Positions 19,242 to 29,108 of a stretch of DNA of 64,000 nt are shown piece by piece; within the stretch, counting starts at the first letter, position 1; every line of letters begins with the position of its first letter. Source of the stretch: an uncultured virus (IMG/VR IMGVR_UViG_3300030202_003905). Its lineage: Duplodnaviria; Heunggongvirae; Uroviricota; Caudoviricetes. The notes beneath the pieces were generated by a model. The model saw only the letters and a program-made list of their open reading frames with translations. It had not been told where the DNA came from and made no database searches. Both the position numbers and the translations under genes were made by a program. The stretch lies in the IMG/VR virus record IMGVR_UViG_3300030202_003905. One strand, given 5' to 3'.

Positions 19242-19991
19242 ATGCGTTTATGCGTTATTCCGGATCTTCATAACAGAATACAACCTGCCTGGGACATCAT
19301 TAATAAAGAGGAAAGTGAAGTAGACGAGTTTGTTATGCTCGGAGACTATTTCGACCACTATCATGATACCCCAGAAGATGTTAAAGAAACAGCAGAATTT
19401 TTAAAAGAAATATATGGTAGAGGAAATTTTAAATTTCTAATCGGTAACCACGATTTACATTATATATTAAATCATAGATCGTGGCGATCATCTACTTGGT
19501 CTCAAGATAAATTTGATGCCGTAAATAGTGTAATCGATCAAGATATGTGGTCAGACTTTTTATGGTCATATCATAAAGACAATTGGTTGTTTTCACATGC
19601 TGGTATAAACATGGAAAATTACAGTTCTGATGAATTAGACAATAAACTTAATTCACATATTGAAGATGTAATAGAAAATGATTTAGATCGATCCGAACAG
19701 TTTTCTCCTTGGGGTGAGTTTTGGTTAAAATATCTATCTAATAACACCCCTTATGCTGCTATTGATGGTAAACCGCTCAATCAAATGTGCGGTCATACAG
19801 TTTTAGCTAATTGGAACATGGTTCAACAAGTCGGTTATAGAATGTATTGGATAGATACATGTACTCAACACTATGCAATAATTGATCTTGAAGAAAACAC
19901 TGTTAATATCAAGAGAAGTACATATAATCATATGTATCACCCCGGTGAAATAAAATGGCTGAACAGAATAAAACAAATCCGAAATTTATAG
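19242..19991 (+). CDS. Calcineurin-like metallophosphoesterase
   Basis: DLH, GDYFD, GNHD, SHAG, GHT; TTGATA-16-TATAAT 6 nt upstream. Confidence 0.9.
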   Translation: MRLCVIPDLHNRIQPAWDIINKEESEVDEFVMLGDYFDHYHDTPEDVKETAEFLKEIYGRGNFKFLIGNHDLHYILNHRSWRSSTWSQDKFDAVNSVIDQDMWSDFLWSYHKDNWLFSHAGINMENYSSDELDNKLNSHIEDVIENDLDRSEQFSPWGEFWLKYLSNNTPYAAIDGKPLNQMCGHTVLANWNMVQQVGYRMYWIDTCTQHYAIIDLEENTVNIKRSTYNHMYHPGEIKWLNRIKQIRNL

Positions 19992-20551
19992 CTTTTACAG
20001 GACCAGGATGTTCTGGTAAAACTACTTTAATAAAGAGTTTAAACTTTAATAAATTTTTAACTGGTGAAGTAAAAAATATTGATTCTCATACAAGAGAATT
20101 AAAAAGTAAAGGGTATCCTATTAATAATGAGGGTAGTGATGATACTCAAATAATGATAACTTATGGTCATTATATGAATATAAAAAATGGATTAGGGTGT
20201 AATTGTATATTTGATAGATGTGTTTTAGATGGGTTTATATATACAAAATGGTTATGTCGACTTGATCAAGTATCTTCATACGTTAAAGCGTTTGCTGAAG
20301 GAATATTTTTAAAGAACATAACTAGATATGATCATATATTTTATTGTGTTCCGGATTTTGAATATAAAAAAGATAAAGATAGGAAAGCAAATAAAAAGGA
20401 TGAAGAAATGATCAGATCATTATATGATAATGAAATAAGAGTTTTAGAGAATGTATTACATATGCATCACGGTAAAAATGTTATAACAAAACTTACCGGG
20501 TCAGTTAAAGAAAGAAAAAAAGTAGTTGAAAAGCAGCTGAAAAGATTATAA
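19955..20551 (+). CDS. P-loop nucleotide/nucleoside kinase (AAA_28/NadR/dNMP kinase-like)
   Basis: GPGCSGKTT Walker A and FDRCVLD. Confidence 0.8.
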   Translation: MAEQNKTNPKFIAFTGPGCSGKTTLIKSLNFNKFLTGEVKNIDSHTRELKSKGYPINNEGSDDTQIMITYGHYMNIKNGLGCNCIFDRCVLDGFIYTKWLCRLDQVSSYVKAFAEGIFLKNITRYDHIFYCVPDFEYKKDKDRKANKKDEEMIRSLYDNEIRVLENVLHMHHGKNVITKLTGSVKERKKVVEKQLKRL

Positions 20552-20558
20552 TAATATT

Positions 20559-21467
20559 ATGGCGTTACAAGAATTAGATAATTCAAATATTGATACTCAT
20601 TTAGGTCAAACAAGTTCATATACTGGTGAATATGATAAAGGTTTATTAGTAAGAGAACCAAGATCAAGTAATCGAGAATATCTCGAAATCAGTGAAGATT
20701 CATTACCGTTTCATGGTTGTGATGTTTGGAATGGTTATGAAGTATCTGCATTAACAAACAAAGGCAAACCAGTTGCAGCAATTGCTAAAGTCATCTATCC
20801 TTGTAATAGCAAATATATTGTTGAATCTAAATCAATGAAATTATATTGGAATAGTTTCAATATGACAAAAATGGGTGATAATGATGATGAAGTAATGAAT
20901 AACATTGCAAAGAGAGCTATCGAAGACTTGGGTGAATTGTTAGAAACCGGTATTAGTGTTCAATTGTTTTTTCCAGATGAAACAGCTCATGAATTGACTA
21001 TTGACTCAAAAGAGCATACTCATTTAGAAATATCTGCAAGTGAAGATATAGTGTTTGATACATATAACGAAAGTCCAGATCTTTTAGAATTTGAAGAAAC
21101 GGTAGACGAGGTTAGTGAATTAAGAAAATTTAAGTCTAATATATTAAAATCTAATTGCAGAGTAACATCTCAACCTGATTGGGGTGATGTTTTTATTAGT
21201 ATTAAAGGCAAAAAGATACCTACTATTGATAGCTTGTTGAAGTATATTGTATCGTTTAGAGATGAATGCCATTTTCATGAAGAGATATGTGAATGCATAT
21301 ATAAGAGACTTTGGGATCTTTGTTCTCCCGATGAATTGGTAGTAACTTGTTTATATGTTAGACGAGGGGGGTGGGACATCAATCCACATAGAGTCTCACA
21401 TGAATATCTATATAATAATCAGCTAGCTGATGTTGGTGTAATGTTTACAAAACAACCTAGACAGTAG
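20559..21467 (+). CDS. queF: NADPH-dependent 7-cyano-7-deazaguanine (preQ0) reductase, bimodular type
   Basis: DVWNGYEVS, IVESKSMKLY.NSFN, LKSNCRVTSQPDWG, FHEEICE, RRGGWDINP. Confidence 0.92.
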   Translation: MALQELDNSNIDTHLGQTSSYTGEYDKGLLVREPRSSNREYLEISEDSLPFHGCDVWNGYEVSALTNKGKPVAAIAKVIYPCNSKYIVESKSMKLYWNSFNMTKMGDNDDEVMNNIAKRAIEDLGELLETGISVQLFFPDETAHELTIDSKEHTHLEISASEDIVFDTYNESPDLLEFEETVDEVSELRKFKSNILKSNCRVTSQPDWGDVFISIKGKKIPTIDSLLKYIVSFRDECHFHEEICECIYKRLWDLCSPDELVVTCLYVRRGGWDINPHRVSHEYLYNNQLADVGVMFTKQPRQ

Positions 21468-21468
21468 G

Positions 21469-22191
21469 GTGATCGTATCACATAAATTAAAAGTAATTTT
21501 TATTAAAACTAAAAAGGTTGCTGGTACATCTTTTGAAATTGCTTTATCAAAATATTGTGGTGAACGTGATATTATAACCCCCATATCTGACGATGATGAA
21601 CATATTCGAAAAGATATGGGGTATGTATGTGCTCAAAATTATGAAAAATCACAATGGAATGTACCTAATTTAAATTTTCTTGTTTCAGAACCATTTTATA
21701 ATCATATGGATGCTTTATCTATTAAAAATTTAGTACCGTCTGATATATGGGATAATTACTTAAAAATTTCAATTTCTAGAGATCCTTGTGATGTTATTAT
21801 ATCACGATATTTTTATGATCTTTCTTATAATCAATCTCTATTACAACCTCTCCCTCGAGGCAAAATGTTATCAATTGATGGAAAACCAGTTAAATTACCT
21901 GAAGGGGTAATATCTTTTAGAGATTATGTTTATAGTTGTTCTGATGAAATTTTATCTGAAAATAATTTTATTACCCATATAAAGGGTGTTAACGTAATAG
22001 ATTATATGATAAAGTATGAAAATCTGCAACAAGATATTTCTTTGTTAGAAAAGAAAATTAACGCACCTGGGTTATATCAAACATTTAAAAGAATGAACGC
22101 AAAAGGTAACATTAGACCACAAAATGCTAACGTGAATACAATGTTTACGGAGGAATTAAAAGACTATGTACAAAAAAAAGCCCGCCTTTAA
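21469..22191 (+). CDS. Sulfotransferase family 2 protein
   Basis: MIVSHKLKVIFIKTKKVAGTS 5'-PSB motif, RDP...IS.YF, KYENL. Confidence 0.8.
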   Translation: MIVSHKLKVIFIKTKKVAGTSFEIALSKYCGERDIITPISDDDEHIRKDMGYVCAQNYEKSQWNVPNLNFLVSEPFYNHMDALSIKNLVPSDIWDNYLKISISRDPCDVIISRYFYDLSYNQSLLQPLPRGKMLSIDGKPVKLPEGVISFRDYVYSCSDEILSENNFITHIKGVNVIDYMIKYENLQQDISLLEKKINAPGLYQTFKRMNAKGNIRPQNANVNTMFTEELKDYVQKKARL

Positions 22192-22200
22192 CAGCGGGCT
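22172..22200 (-). terminator. Terminator between convergent genes
   Basis: AGCCCGC/GCGGGCT stem with an A8 run (U tract on the minus strand). Confidence 0.75.
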
Positions 22201-22222
22201 AATTTCACTCAAACAACACGAA

Positions 22223-22756
22223 TTAAACGTAACCTAACATTTTCTTTCTTCTTAAGTTTGGACCAGTGCCTTTATATCCAGACGATACAGGATGTAACGT
22301 CGATGTACCGGCTCCTGCAGAACTTAAGTGATAATAAACTGTCAAATTATTAGAATCAATAGTAGCAATAACTGTGTTTGCTGATCTAACGGATGGTAAC
22401 TTACATGTAATAGTTGAACTTGTACCGTTATATGCTGGCTCTAAATGAACTGCTGACATAGTATGTAAAGCGGTTGTACTGTCTCTATTATAAAGCACAC
22501 CAACGATTTCTGCATTACCACCATGAGGGTTATTCGTACCCTGATCACCTAATCTTCTAACAACTATATCTTCATTCTGTCCTGACAGAGTATAGTTAAG
22601 ATTATAAAAGTTTGCTGGTGATCCTTTAGAGAGAGGAAAGCCACTTAATGGGCTAAAAGGAGATGGGGGTGGTACGATTTTGTCAACCGTTGTACCTTCA
22701 CCTGCACCGTAGCAACTATGAGAAAAAGGAATAATTTCGTTCGTGTCAAAAGCCAT
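22223..22756 (-). CDS. Putative capsid-associated (decoration) protein
   Basis: Own TAAATA and terminator, directly downstream of gp23; beta-rich; ends LRRKKMLGYV. Confidence 0.5.
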   Translation of the reverse strand: MAFDTNEIIPFSHSCYGAGEGTTVDKIVPPPSPFSPLSGFPLSKGSPANFYNLNYTLSGQNEDIVVRRLGDQGTNNPHGGNAEIVGVLYNRDSTTALHTMSAVHLEPAYNGTSSTITCKLPSVRSANTVIATIDSNNLTVYYHLSSAGAGTSTLHPVSSGYKGTGPNLRRKKMLGYV

Positions 22757-22794
22757 GTAATTATTTATTCATCTAAGTTAATTTTTTCGTAAAC

Positions 22795-22822
22795 AAAAAA
22801 AAAGCCCTCCGAAGAGGGCTTT
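22795..22822 (-). terminator. T4-style cUUCGg terminator after the major capsid gene
   Basis: Minus strand AAAGCCCTC-TTCG-GAGGGC followed by T9. Confidence 0.9.
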
Positions 22823-22841
22823 GCAATTGTTGTTATTTCTC

Positions 22842-24392
22842 TTAGAAATAAACGGCTTGTGAGCCTGGCGTGAACGCATCGCCCAAGTTCTTCAAGATCA
22901 CAACGTGATAATACAAGTTAGCACCGAAGATGTTGTCAACAACACCATAACGGGTTAACAAGCCAACACGTGGCGAGAAGTCGTTAGGACCAATTGTTCT
23001 CTGAACCATAACAGGAATGTATGGACAGTAGATGATACCTGTGTCATAAAACTCAGGACCTTTATATCCAAGCAATGTATACTCAACACGAGTCGCACGA
23101 ACCTGGTTCGTAACGGTTGTGTAAGGTGTATACGTGCCTTGATCAGGCTGTGAAATATAACCAGCGTTCTGCTCGAACTGAGCTTCCGTTCTGGTATCAC
23201 GATAAACGTTAAAACGACCACCGAGGTTACCAACTTTAGCAACACCGACTGGCTGTGTATTAACATTACCCTGTACCGGTACCCATTGGAACTCAGGTAA
23301 CATCTCGAGAATAGCAGCTGCACGAGGTGTTGCAACAATAAAGTTAGCTGCACCACGGCGGTTTCTAATCGCGATTCTGTTTGCCTGAATAATGAGTCTC
23401 TGATAGAAGTCTCTGTTACGCTCTACTAACCAGCGACCATCCGCTGACTGAGGAGCCCAGATTGAATAACCATTACCAGTTCCGTTGTCAAGAGCGACCT
23501 GGATCATTCTCATCAACATTTCACGGTCGATCTCAGCCTGTAACTCATACGACATAGCGTTTGTGAGCTCAGTATCGATATCAATACCATTCATGTTCTT
23601 AAGATCCTGCTCTAATTCAACAGACCAACGAGCTGCTAATCTACGAGTACCAGCTTCAACAGCCGTTTTCTCGAAACTAACGAGCACCTGAGGAATCTTA
23701 CCTGTTAACTCGAAGTTAGCAAGCAATCTTGCAACACCAGCATCCTGATCAGCACCTGGGAAGTCGGTTGCAACACCGCCTAAACCAGACAACTTACCAG
23801 AAGATGTACCGGTGAAACGGGTATCTAACATCTGATAACCGAGTTCCTTGTTTTGGATACCGCCAGTGGCGTCACCCTTAGGAATACCAGAACCAGTAGT
23901 TGCGTTCTGAACTGCAGTAGATGTTGGGATACCATCAATACCGTTACCTAGGGCATCGGTATCATACTTGTAACGCAAAGCAAATGCTAAGCCTACAGGT
24001 CCGCTCATTGGCTGAACACCAACGATTTCGTTAGTGATCAACTCTGGGAATGTACGACGAATCATCGGGATGAGAATCTTAGGCAAGCGGTAGTCACCAG
24101 TTGCATAAGTATCACCCTGTGTATAGGAGTTAGGGATCTGATTACCTTGAGCGCCGATGTTAACACCGCCGTTAGATAAAACAGAACCTGTACCGCCCGA
24201 TACGTTATTCGCCTCATTCAAACACCATGCTTCCTGGTTTTCCAGGAGCATTGCCGTATTAAGACGAGTGTGGTCGTCTTCGATAGCCGACACGTTATCA
24301 GAAGAGTAATCCAAAACTGGAGTCCACTTCTCTAACAATGCCTTGGCTCTATCTTGATCGATATAAGCCTGTGTGGGTTTGATAGATTTCAT
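22842..24392 (-). CDS. gp23: Major capsid protein
   Basis: LLENQE, IVGVQPMSGPVGLAFALR, RRLAARWSVELEQDLK, YCPYIP, GLLTRYG; high-expression codon bias. Confidence 0.97.
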   Translation of the reverse strand: MKSIKPTQAYIDQDRAKALLEKWTPVLDYSSDNVSAIEDDHTRLNTAMLLENQEAWCLNEANNVSGGTGSVLSNGGVNIGAQGNQIPNSYTQGDTYATGDYRLPKILIPMIRRTFPELITNEIVGVQPMSGPVGLAFALRYKYDTDALGNGIDGIPTSTAVQNATTGSGIPKGDATGGIQNKELGYQMLDTRFTGTSSGKLSGLGGVATDFPGADQDAGVARLLANFELTGKIPQVLVSFEKTAVEAGTRRLAARWSVELEQDLKNMNGIDIDTELTNAMSYELQAEIDREMLMRMIQVALDNGTGNGYSIWAPQSADGRWLVERNRDFYQRLIIQANRIAIRNRRGAANFIVATPRAAAILEMLPEFQWVPVQGNVNTQPVGVAKVGNLGGRFNVYRDTRTEAQFEQNAGYISQPDQGTYTPYTTVTNQVRATRVEYTLLGYKGPEFYDTGIIYCPYIPVMVQRTIGPNDFSPRVGLLTRYGVVDNIFGANLYYHVVILKNLGDAFTPGSQAVYF

Positions 24393-24464
24393 AATAATTT
24401 ATATCTATGTGGGTTTTTAGTACAATATGTACTAGAAATTCTTATTTTTAGAAATTTATACGTT

Positions 24465-25340
24465 TTAATATTTGCCAAGCTCGCCCATATAAGTCCTTAA
24501 TGGTGCATGACCATTATATTCTTCCTTAGGAGATTGAACGCTCTCTTCGATAACTGGACGATCTACGTCTTTAGTTACAGTGTTCTGTGTTTTAGCTTGC
24601 TCGTGCAAAACTTCAAGATGCTCTTCGTGATTTTTATCAAACATCTTCAACGTATAATCGAAGTTTTCATTAATAAATCTTTGTGATTTACCAGTTAAAA
24701 CCTTCTTACAAAATGCTGCTTTATCTTCTGGTAGATCAGCTGTCGCTTCTTCTAAAGTTAATCTACTCTTTAAGATTGCATTTTCTCTTTGTAAACGTTC
24801 TACAATTGCTGTAGATTCGCTTAATCTTTCAACAGAATTGTCAATTCTTGTCTTACCATCTAAGATTGCAGACTTAATGCTATCCTTTTGTAAGGCTGCA
24901 TCAACTGCTAATACTCTTCTCATTTCATGTAAGACTTTATTAGACTTTCTATTCCTTACCGCTTCGTTAATATTACGTTGCGGTATCAATTTCTCAAGAT
25001 ATAAATCAAGGTATTTACTAACTCTTCCTACCAAGTCATTCTTGAAAGTATGTGCTTCCTCATTAATGGCTCTGCTATACTTCTCAACCACTGAGATTAA
25101 CTTATCTCCGTGATTCTTATCAATGGCACCAATAACCTTATCCAGCTTGCTTGTGTGGTCAACGTCAATGGCTTCGAGCAAATGCTCGAGCTTAGCACTG
25201 TATTCGTCGTCCTGCTTTACTAATGCCGATTCAACGTGAAGGGCAACCTTCTTATTAAATGCATGTTCAATACGCTTTAATGTATCCTCTGTAAGAATAT
25301 CATTGGCTTTTTCTTGGAGTATATCAGTTATTTTGTCCAT
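24465..25340 (-). CDS. gp22: Prohead core scaffolding protein
   Basis: Helical charged protein immediately upstream of gp23; VSKYLDLY motif. Confidence 0.8.
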   Translation of the reverse strand: MDKITDILQEKANDILTEDTLKRIEHAFNKKVALHVESALVKQDDEYSAKLEHLLEAIDVDHTSKLDKVIGAIDKNHGDKLISVVEKYSRAINEEAHTFKNDLVGRVSKYLDLYLEKLIPQRNINEAVRNRKSNKVLHEMRRVLAVDAALQKDSIKSAILDGKTRIDNSVERLSESTAIVERLQRENAILKSRLTLEEATADLPEDKAAFCKKVLTGKSQRFINENFDYTLKMFDKNHEEHLEVLHEQAKTQNTVTKDVDRPVIEESVQSPKEEYNGHAPLRTYMGELGKY

Positions 25341-25346
25341 TTTAAA

Positions 25347-25490
25347 TTAAAAAATTCGTTGTTTAGCAGCTTTTTTAATCTTCTGCCTGATTTTATCTTC
25401 AACAACCGTCCGTAAATTTCCATGTGCATTTTTATACTCTCCTATTGAGACATTTTTTAAAAATTTACCAATTGCTTTACGTTGTGACAT
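25347..25490 (-). CDS. Small prohead core protein (gp67/68-like, 47 aa, not in ORF track)
   Basis: MSQRKAIGKFLKNVSIGEYKNAHGNLRTVVEDKIRQKI...; lies between gp21 and gp22 with TAAATA upstream. Confidence 0.55.
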   Translation of the reverse strand: MSQRKAIGKFLKNVSIGEYKNAHGNLRTVVEDKIRQKIKKAAKQRIF

Positions 25491-25501
25491 ATATCTATTA
25501 T

Positions 25502-26182
25502 TTATGCTTTAGAGCCAATTTTATCTAAAAAGGTAAGAACCTGTTCACCTAAATAAGCATCTAACTCTTTTGTAGGCAGGGTTTCTAAACTTTTTTCAAA
25601 TGTACTATAAGCTTCTTCAAACTTTCCATCTTTATTCATAATGAATTGTTTGCTTTCTAATATACCATTTACAAAAGCTTTAGGACAAGACGGATCGGAT
25701 ACACAATCGACTGCTACTAACTTCATATCGGTAACTTTACTAACACCTGTTTTTTCTTTTATCGGTGTTAATTGTCCTAATGCTCGAGAACTCATACCAA
25801 CTTTTACCCCGTCGTTAATTAAACTTTTTACAATTTGTCCACAAGGGGTAGATAGTACTTTAGACTTGCCATAAAACATGTTTCCTTCTTGCCATATATC
25901 TGTTACAATATGACAAGCGCGCTCCAAGTCAACTTCAGCAGTAGTTGGGTGATTCAGTTCCCCCATACTTCTGTTTTCGTTAATCATATCTGATTTATAA
26001 CGCGCGATTTCTCTTTTTAATTCATCTGTCGGGTAATAACGTTTGTTACGATTAACCTCTTCAGCCATCATATATGGACCTTTAATAAAAAGATTTTTCT
26101 TTCCGTCTTTACTAGACTCTTCTAGAACGTATTCGAATTCCTCTTTTGAAGCAGGTGTTTCTACTAATAGTTTATAAGACAT
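25502..26182 (-). CDS. gp21: Prohead protease
   Basis: NRNKRYY, GELNHP, TPCGQIV, VGMSSRALG, DCVSDPS. Confidence 0.95.
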   Translation of the reverse strand: MSYKLLVETPASKEEFEYVLEESSKDGKKNLFIKGPYMMAEEVNRNKRYYPTDELKREIARYKSDMINENRSMGELNHPTTAEVDLERACHIVTDIWQEGNMFYGKSKVLSTPCGQIVKSLINDGVKVGMSSRALGQLTPIKEKTGVSKVTDMKLVAVDCVSDPSCPKAFVNGILESKQFIMNKDGKFEEAYSTFEKSLETLPTKELDAYLGEQVLTFLDKIGSKA

Positions 26183-26203
26183 GTCTGATATTATTTATAC
26201 TTT

Positions 26204-26824
26204 TTAAGATTTTTTAACGTAAAATGCATCACCCCACGACATCCCGGCCCATGATGTTTCTTTTCTTTCAAATCCGTATAAACCAAGATATGCATCTACT
26301 TCTTCAACTCTAGCACAGTTTTCATATAATTCATCTCTGTTTACTTCAGCAATAATATAATCAATAGTATTAAGAGTTTTCTTTGCTCCAATGAAAACAT
26401 TAAGCTCAAAACCCTGTACGTCGATATTAATTAAATTAAATTTTTTAGAAGGTTCATATCTATCTAAAGGGTCAAAATCTATTTCTATTTCTTCATCAAA
26501 TACTATATGGGGGTATTGTCTTGCATGTAAATCAGGTTTCATTAAAGAATTACTTTGACCTAAATTATCTTTACTTCTATAAAAGGTAGTTTTACCTCTA
26601 AACGGTCCTAAAGCTTTGTTAACTAAAATAACGTCTTCATCCCCTTTTACTTTTTCTGATAATACGTTAAAACTATCTTTATCTGGTTCAAAGAAAAGAA
26701 TGTGTTTTATTGAATCATATTTTTTGTAACTATCGTATTCTGCTCCGTGATGCCCACCTATGTGAATAACGCCGGTAACATTCATTTCATATTTTTTAAC
26801 TAATTCGTCGTAATCTAATAACAT
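26204..26824 (-). CDS. FkbM-family methyltransferase
   Basis: GVIHIGGHHG, FEP, IDVQGFEL, WGDAFY. Confidence 0.9.
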   Translation of the reverse strand: MLLDYDELVKKYEMNVTGVIHIGGHHGAEYDSYKKYDSIKHILFFEPDKDSFNVLSEKVKGDEDVILVNKALGPFRGKTTFYRSKDNLGQSNSLMKPDLHARQYPHIVFDEEIEIDFDPLDRYEPSKKFNLINIDVQGFELNVFIGAKKTLNTIDYIIAEVNRDELYENCARVEEVDAYLGLYGFERKETSWAGMSWGDAFYVKKS

Positions 26825-27267
26825 TATATACCTAACTCTTTTTCGGTTAAAATTTTAAATTCTACCCCTTTTTTCTTTGCCCATTTTTCTGCAGCATCCC
26901 ATTTAGCTCTATTTTGAACATACGTTTTTTGTTCATAAATTGTTGTTGCTTTCTTTTGATACTTTTTTGATTTTGGAGGTTGCGTTTGTTTAGATGGTTT
27001 AATTTCTATCAAATAAGTTTTTGGTCCATTTGTTTCATTTATAGTTACCAACCCATCTACAAAATATCTTTGTACCTTTTTTGTTAAAGGATTCAAATAA
27101 GGTATTATAACGCACTCACTATCCCAAGCTGTTACGTTTTCATTCAAATCACACCACCTAAAAAATTTTAGCTCCCAACCTGAACGGTATATTGGCAAAG
27201 CTTTGCCTCTATATTTGTCCCTATTTCTTGGAGTAAATACCCCTTGTCTAAATTTACCTTTAGGCAT
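26824..27267 (-). CDS. gp4: Head completion nuclease (TnsA-like)
   Basis: YRSGWELKF, RYFVD, LIEIKP, N.AKW.AA, FKILTE. Confidence 0.9.
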   Translation of the reverse strand: MPKGKFRQGVFTPRNRDKYRGKALPIYRSGWELKFFRWCDLNENVTAWDSECVIIPYLNPLTKKVQRYFVDGLVTINETNGPKTYLIEIKPSKQTQPPKSKKYQKKATTIYEQKTYVQNRAKWDAAEKWAKKKGVEFKILTEKELGI

Positions 27268-27280
27268 AATTTTATTTAAA

Positions 27281-28057
27281 TTACTTACACTTTAATACAA
27301 CCTGTTCGGGAAACTCATATCCAAACTTCTGTCCCAACTTAACTACTTCTTGTAATAAAGGTTTATTAACTTTTGGTAACATTTCTCTTACAAAAATTTG
27401 CATCTCTTCATCTTCAGAAGGCCTACCCATTGATTTTCTTCTAGATCCTGTATTGTGTTGAACTGAAGTATCTAATTTTGCTGTATTTTTACATTGGGTT
27501 TTATCTTTCAAAAAATCATAAATTTCATTTTGAAACTTCTCAACTTGTATTGTTATATCTGGTTTTTTCTCAAGGATTAACTGATGCCATTTTACCCAAA
27601 AATCTAAAACGAACTCTATTTGATTTAACGGTTTTCCTTGCCATGGAGGGTTCATAATATCCCAATTGGCTCCTTTCAATGCTTTAAACACCCCACGACG
27701 CATAATATTAAAATATGCTTCTTCTAATCCCTTTTTTACTGTGGTCATTTCTTCCTTTAAGCAAGGAATAGATTTAAATGGGTGTCTAGTATAGTGAATA
27801 ACATAATCATATGTATGTCTTGCCCACTTATAATTTTTATCATATAATTCTTCAGGGGGATTTTTAACATTATCAGGTAATGATGCATCATATCCCGGGG
27901 CGAATGCCCACATAACTAAACTTTGACCTGGGTGTATTTGTTCTATGTCACATTTATTACCCATTTCATTCATTACATGGTTTATGAAATGAGAACCACC
28001 ACAAGGGGAACCTACACACAAAAATGTACTATTACGAAAACACAAGAACTGTGGCAC
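27281..28057 (-). CDS. Putative sulfotransferase-like protein
   Basis: VGSPCGGSHFI (5'-PSB-like), RHPFKSI, KFGY near the C-terminus. Confidence 0.5.
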   Translation of the reverse strand: MPQFLCFRNSTFLCVGSPCGGSHFINHVMNEMGNKCDIEQIHPGQSLVMWAFAPGYDASLPDNVKNPPEELYDKNYKWARHTYDYVIHYTRHPFKSIPCLKEEMTTVKKGLEEAYFNIMRRGVFKALKGANWDIMNPPWQGKPLNQIEFVLDFWVKWHQLILEKKPDITIQVEKFQNEIYDFLKDKTQCKNTAKLDTSVQHNTGSRRKSMGRPSEDEEMQIFVREMLPKVNKPLLQEVVKLGQKFGYEFPEQVVLKCK

Positions 28058-28072
28058 ACAGCTATTTAGAAA

Positions 28073-29098
28073 TTAGCCAATCAAAAACAATGGAGGTTCT
28101 GCATCGCTCAATCCTGGAGACGCACCTGTGTATAATTCTTGTTCTAATTTTTCTTTTTCTTCTCTTCCTTCTTGCAACATATCATAATTCAATACACCAC
28201 CACCAAATAATTGTATGTTACTATACTTGCCTCTAACTCTTCCCAAGTTAATTTTAGTTAAAGCTAATGCATATTGATAAACCCAAGGTTCTTTTATTAC
28301 CCATTGAATTGGTTGTTCAACATAACACTCTAATATACCCCAGAATCTTTCAGTTCCTGGTTCCGGGTACATTTGCATATATTGTGTGCGTTGATTAAAA
28401 TTAACGCTTTTACGTAACGCTAAAACATGCTCTCTTGTATCTAACCAGTTCTTTAACACATACCAACTAACTAAATCAAAGCCATAATTACCCATGGAAT
28501 AACTAAAATAAGTTTGCTGTGCTAATGTTTGTTCTATGGTAAAAAGAGTATTTACCCCGTCAGAAGAACCAACTTCAAACCCCCTAATATCTATAACCTT
28601 TCTATAATCATCTAAAAGATAATCAAATGATTCGTTTAGATATAATTGATCAGGTTTAAGGTTTTCACCTACTTCAAAAATATATGGATTTGCTGTTTCA
28701 CCTATAACCATTTTACCTATACCATATAAAGGAGCGAAACTAGTTCCGCATTTATCAGGATAAAGATAAGAAAAATTATCATTTAATAGTGTGTCGTTAT
28801 CTAATAACCCTTCTGTTCTTTTAGCGGAAAATAAAACATCTAATCTTATTCCAGGGCCTCTTTCATAAAGAGCAGAATCAAACACTAAATATTCTCTCGT
28901 ATAACCAGCGAACTTAGTAAACATTTCAACAGCTATACCTATATTTTCATACAAGTTATCTTGATGAACTTCAATGTTAATTAACGGGGCACCTAAAGTT
29001 CTAGATATTCTTTGAGCTAATCTATCATAACTACATATCTTGCTATTAAGATTAGTTGAATAAAAAGAACTTACAGGTAGTACTGTTGAACAATCCAT
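28073..29098 (-). CDS. gp13: Neck protein
   Basis: LGAPLINIEV, WVYQYALALTK..LG..RGKY..IQLFGGG, PPLFLIG. Confidence 0.9.
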   Translation of the reverse strand: MDCSTVLPVSSFYSTNLNSKICSYDRLAQRISRTLGAPLINIEVHQDNLYENIGIAVEMFTKFAGYTREYLVFDSALYERGPGIRLDVLFSAKRTEGLLDNDTLLNDNFSYLYPDKCGTSFAPLYGIGKMVIGETANPYIFEVGENLKPDQLYLNESFDYLLDDYRKVIDIRGFEVGSSDGVNTLFTIEQTLAQQTYFSYSMGNYGFDLVSWYVLKNWLDTREHVLALRKSVNFNQRTQYMQMYPEPGTERFWGILECYVEQPIQWVIKEPWVYQYALALTKINLGRVRGKYSNIQLFGGGVLNYDMLQEGREEKEKLEQELYTGASPGLSDAEPPLFLIG

Positions 29099-29108
29099 TT
29101 AATATTAT

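Noticed and set aside
26824..27267. Tn7 TnsA transposase or mobile element
   Set aside because: Motifs and head-module context fit T4 gp4; there are no other transposon genes or terminal repeats
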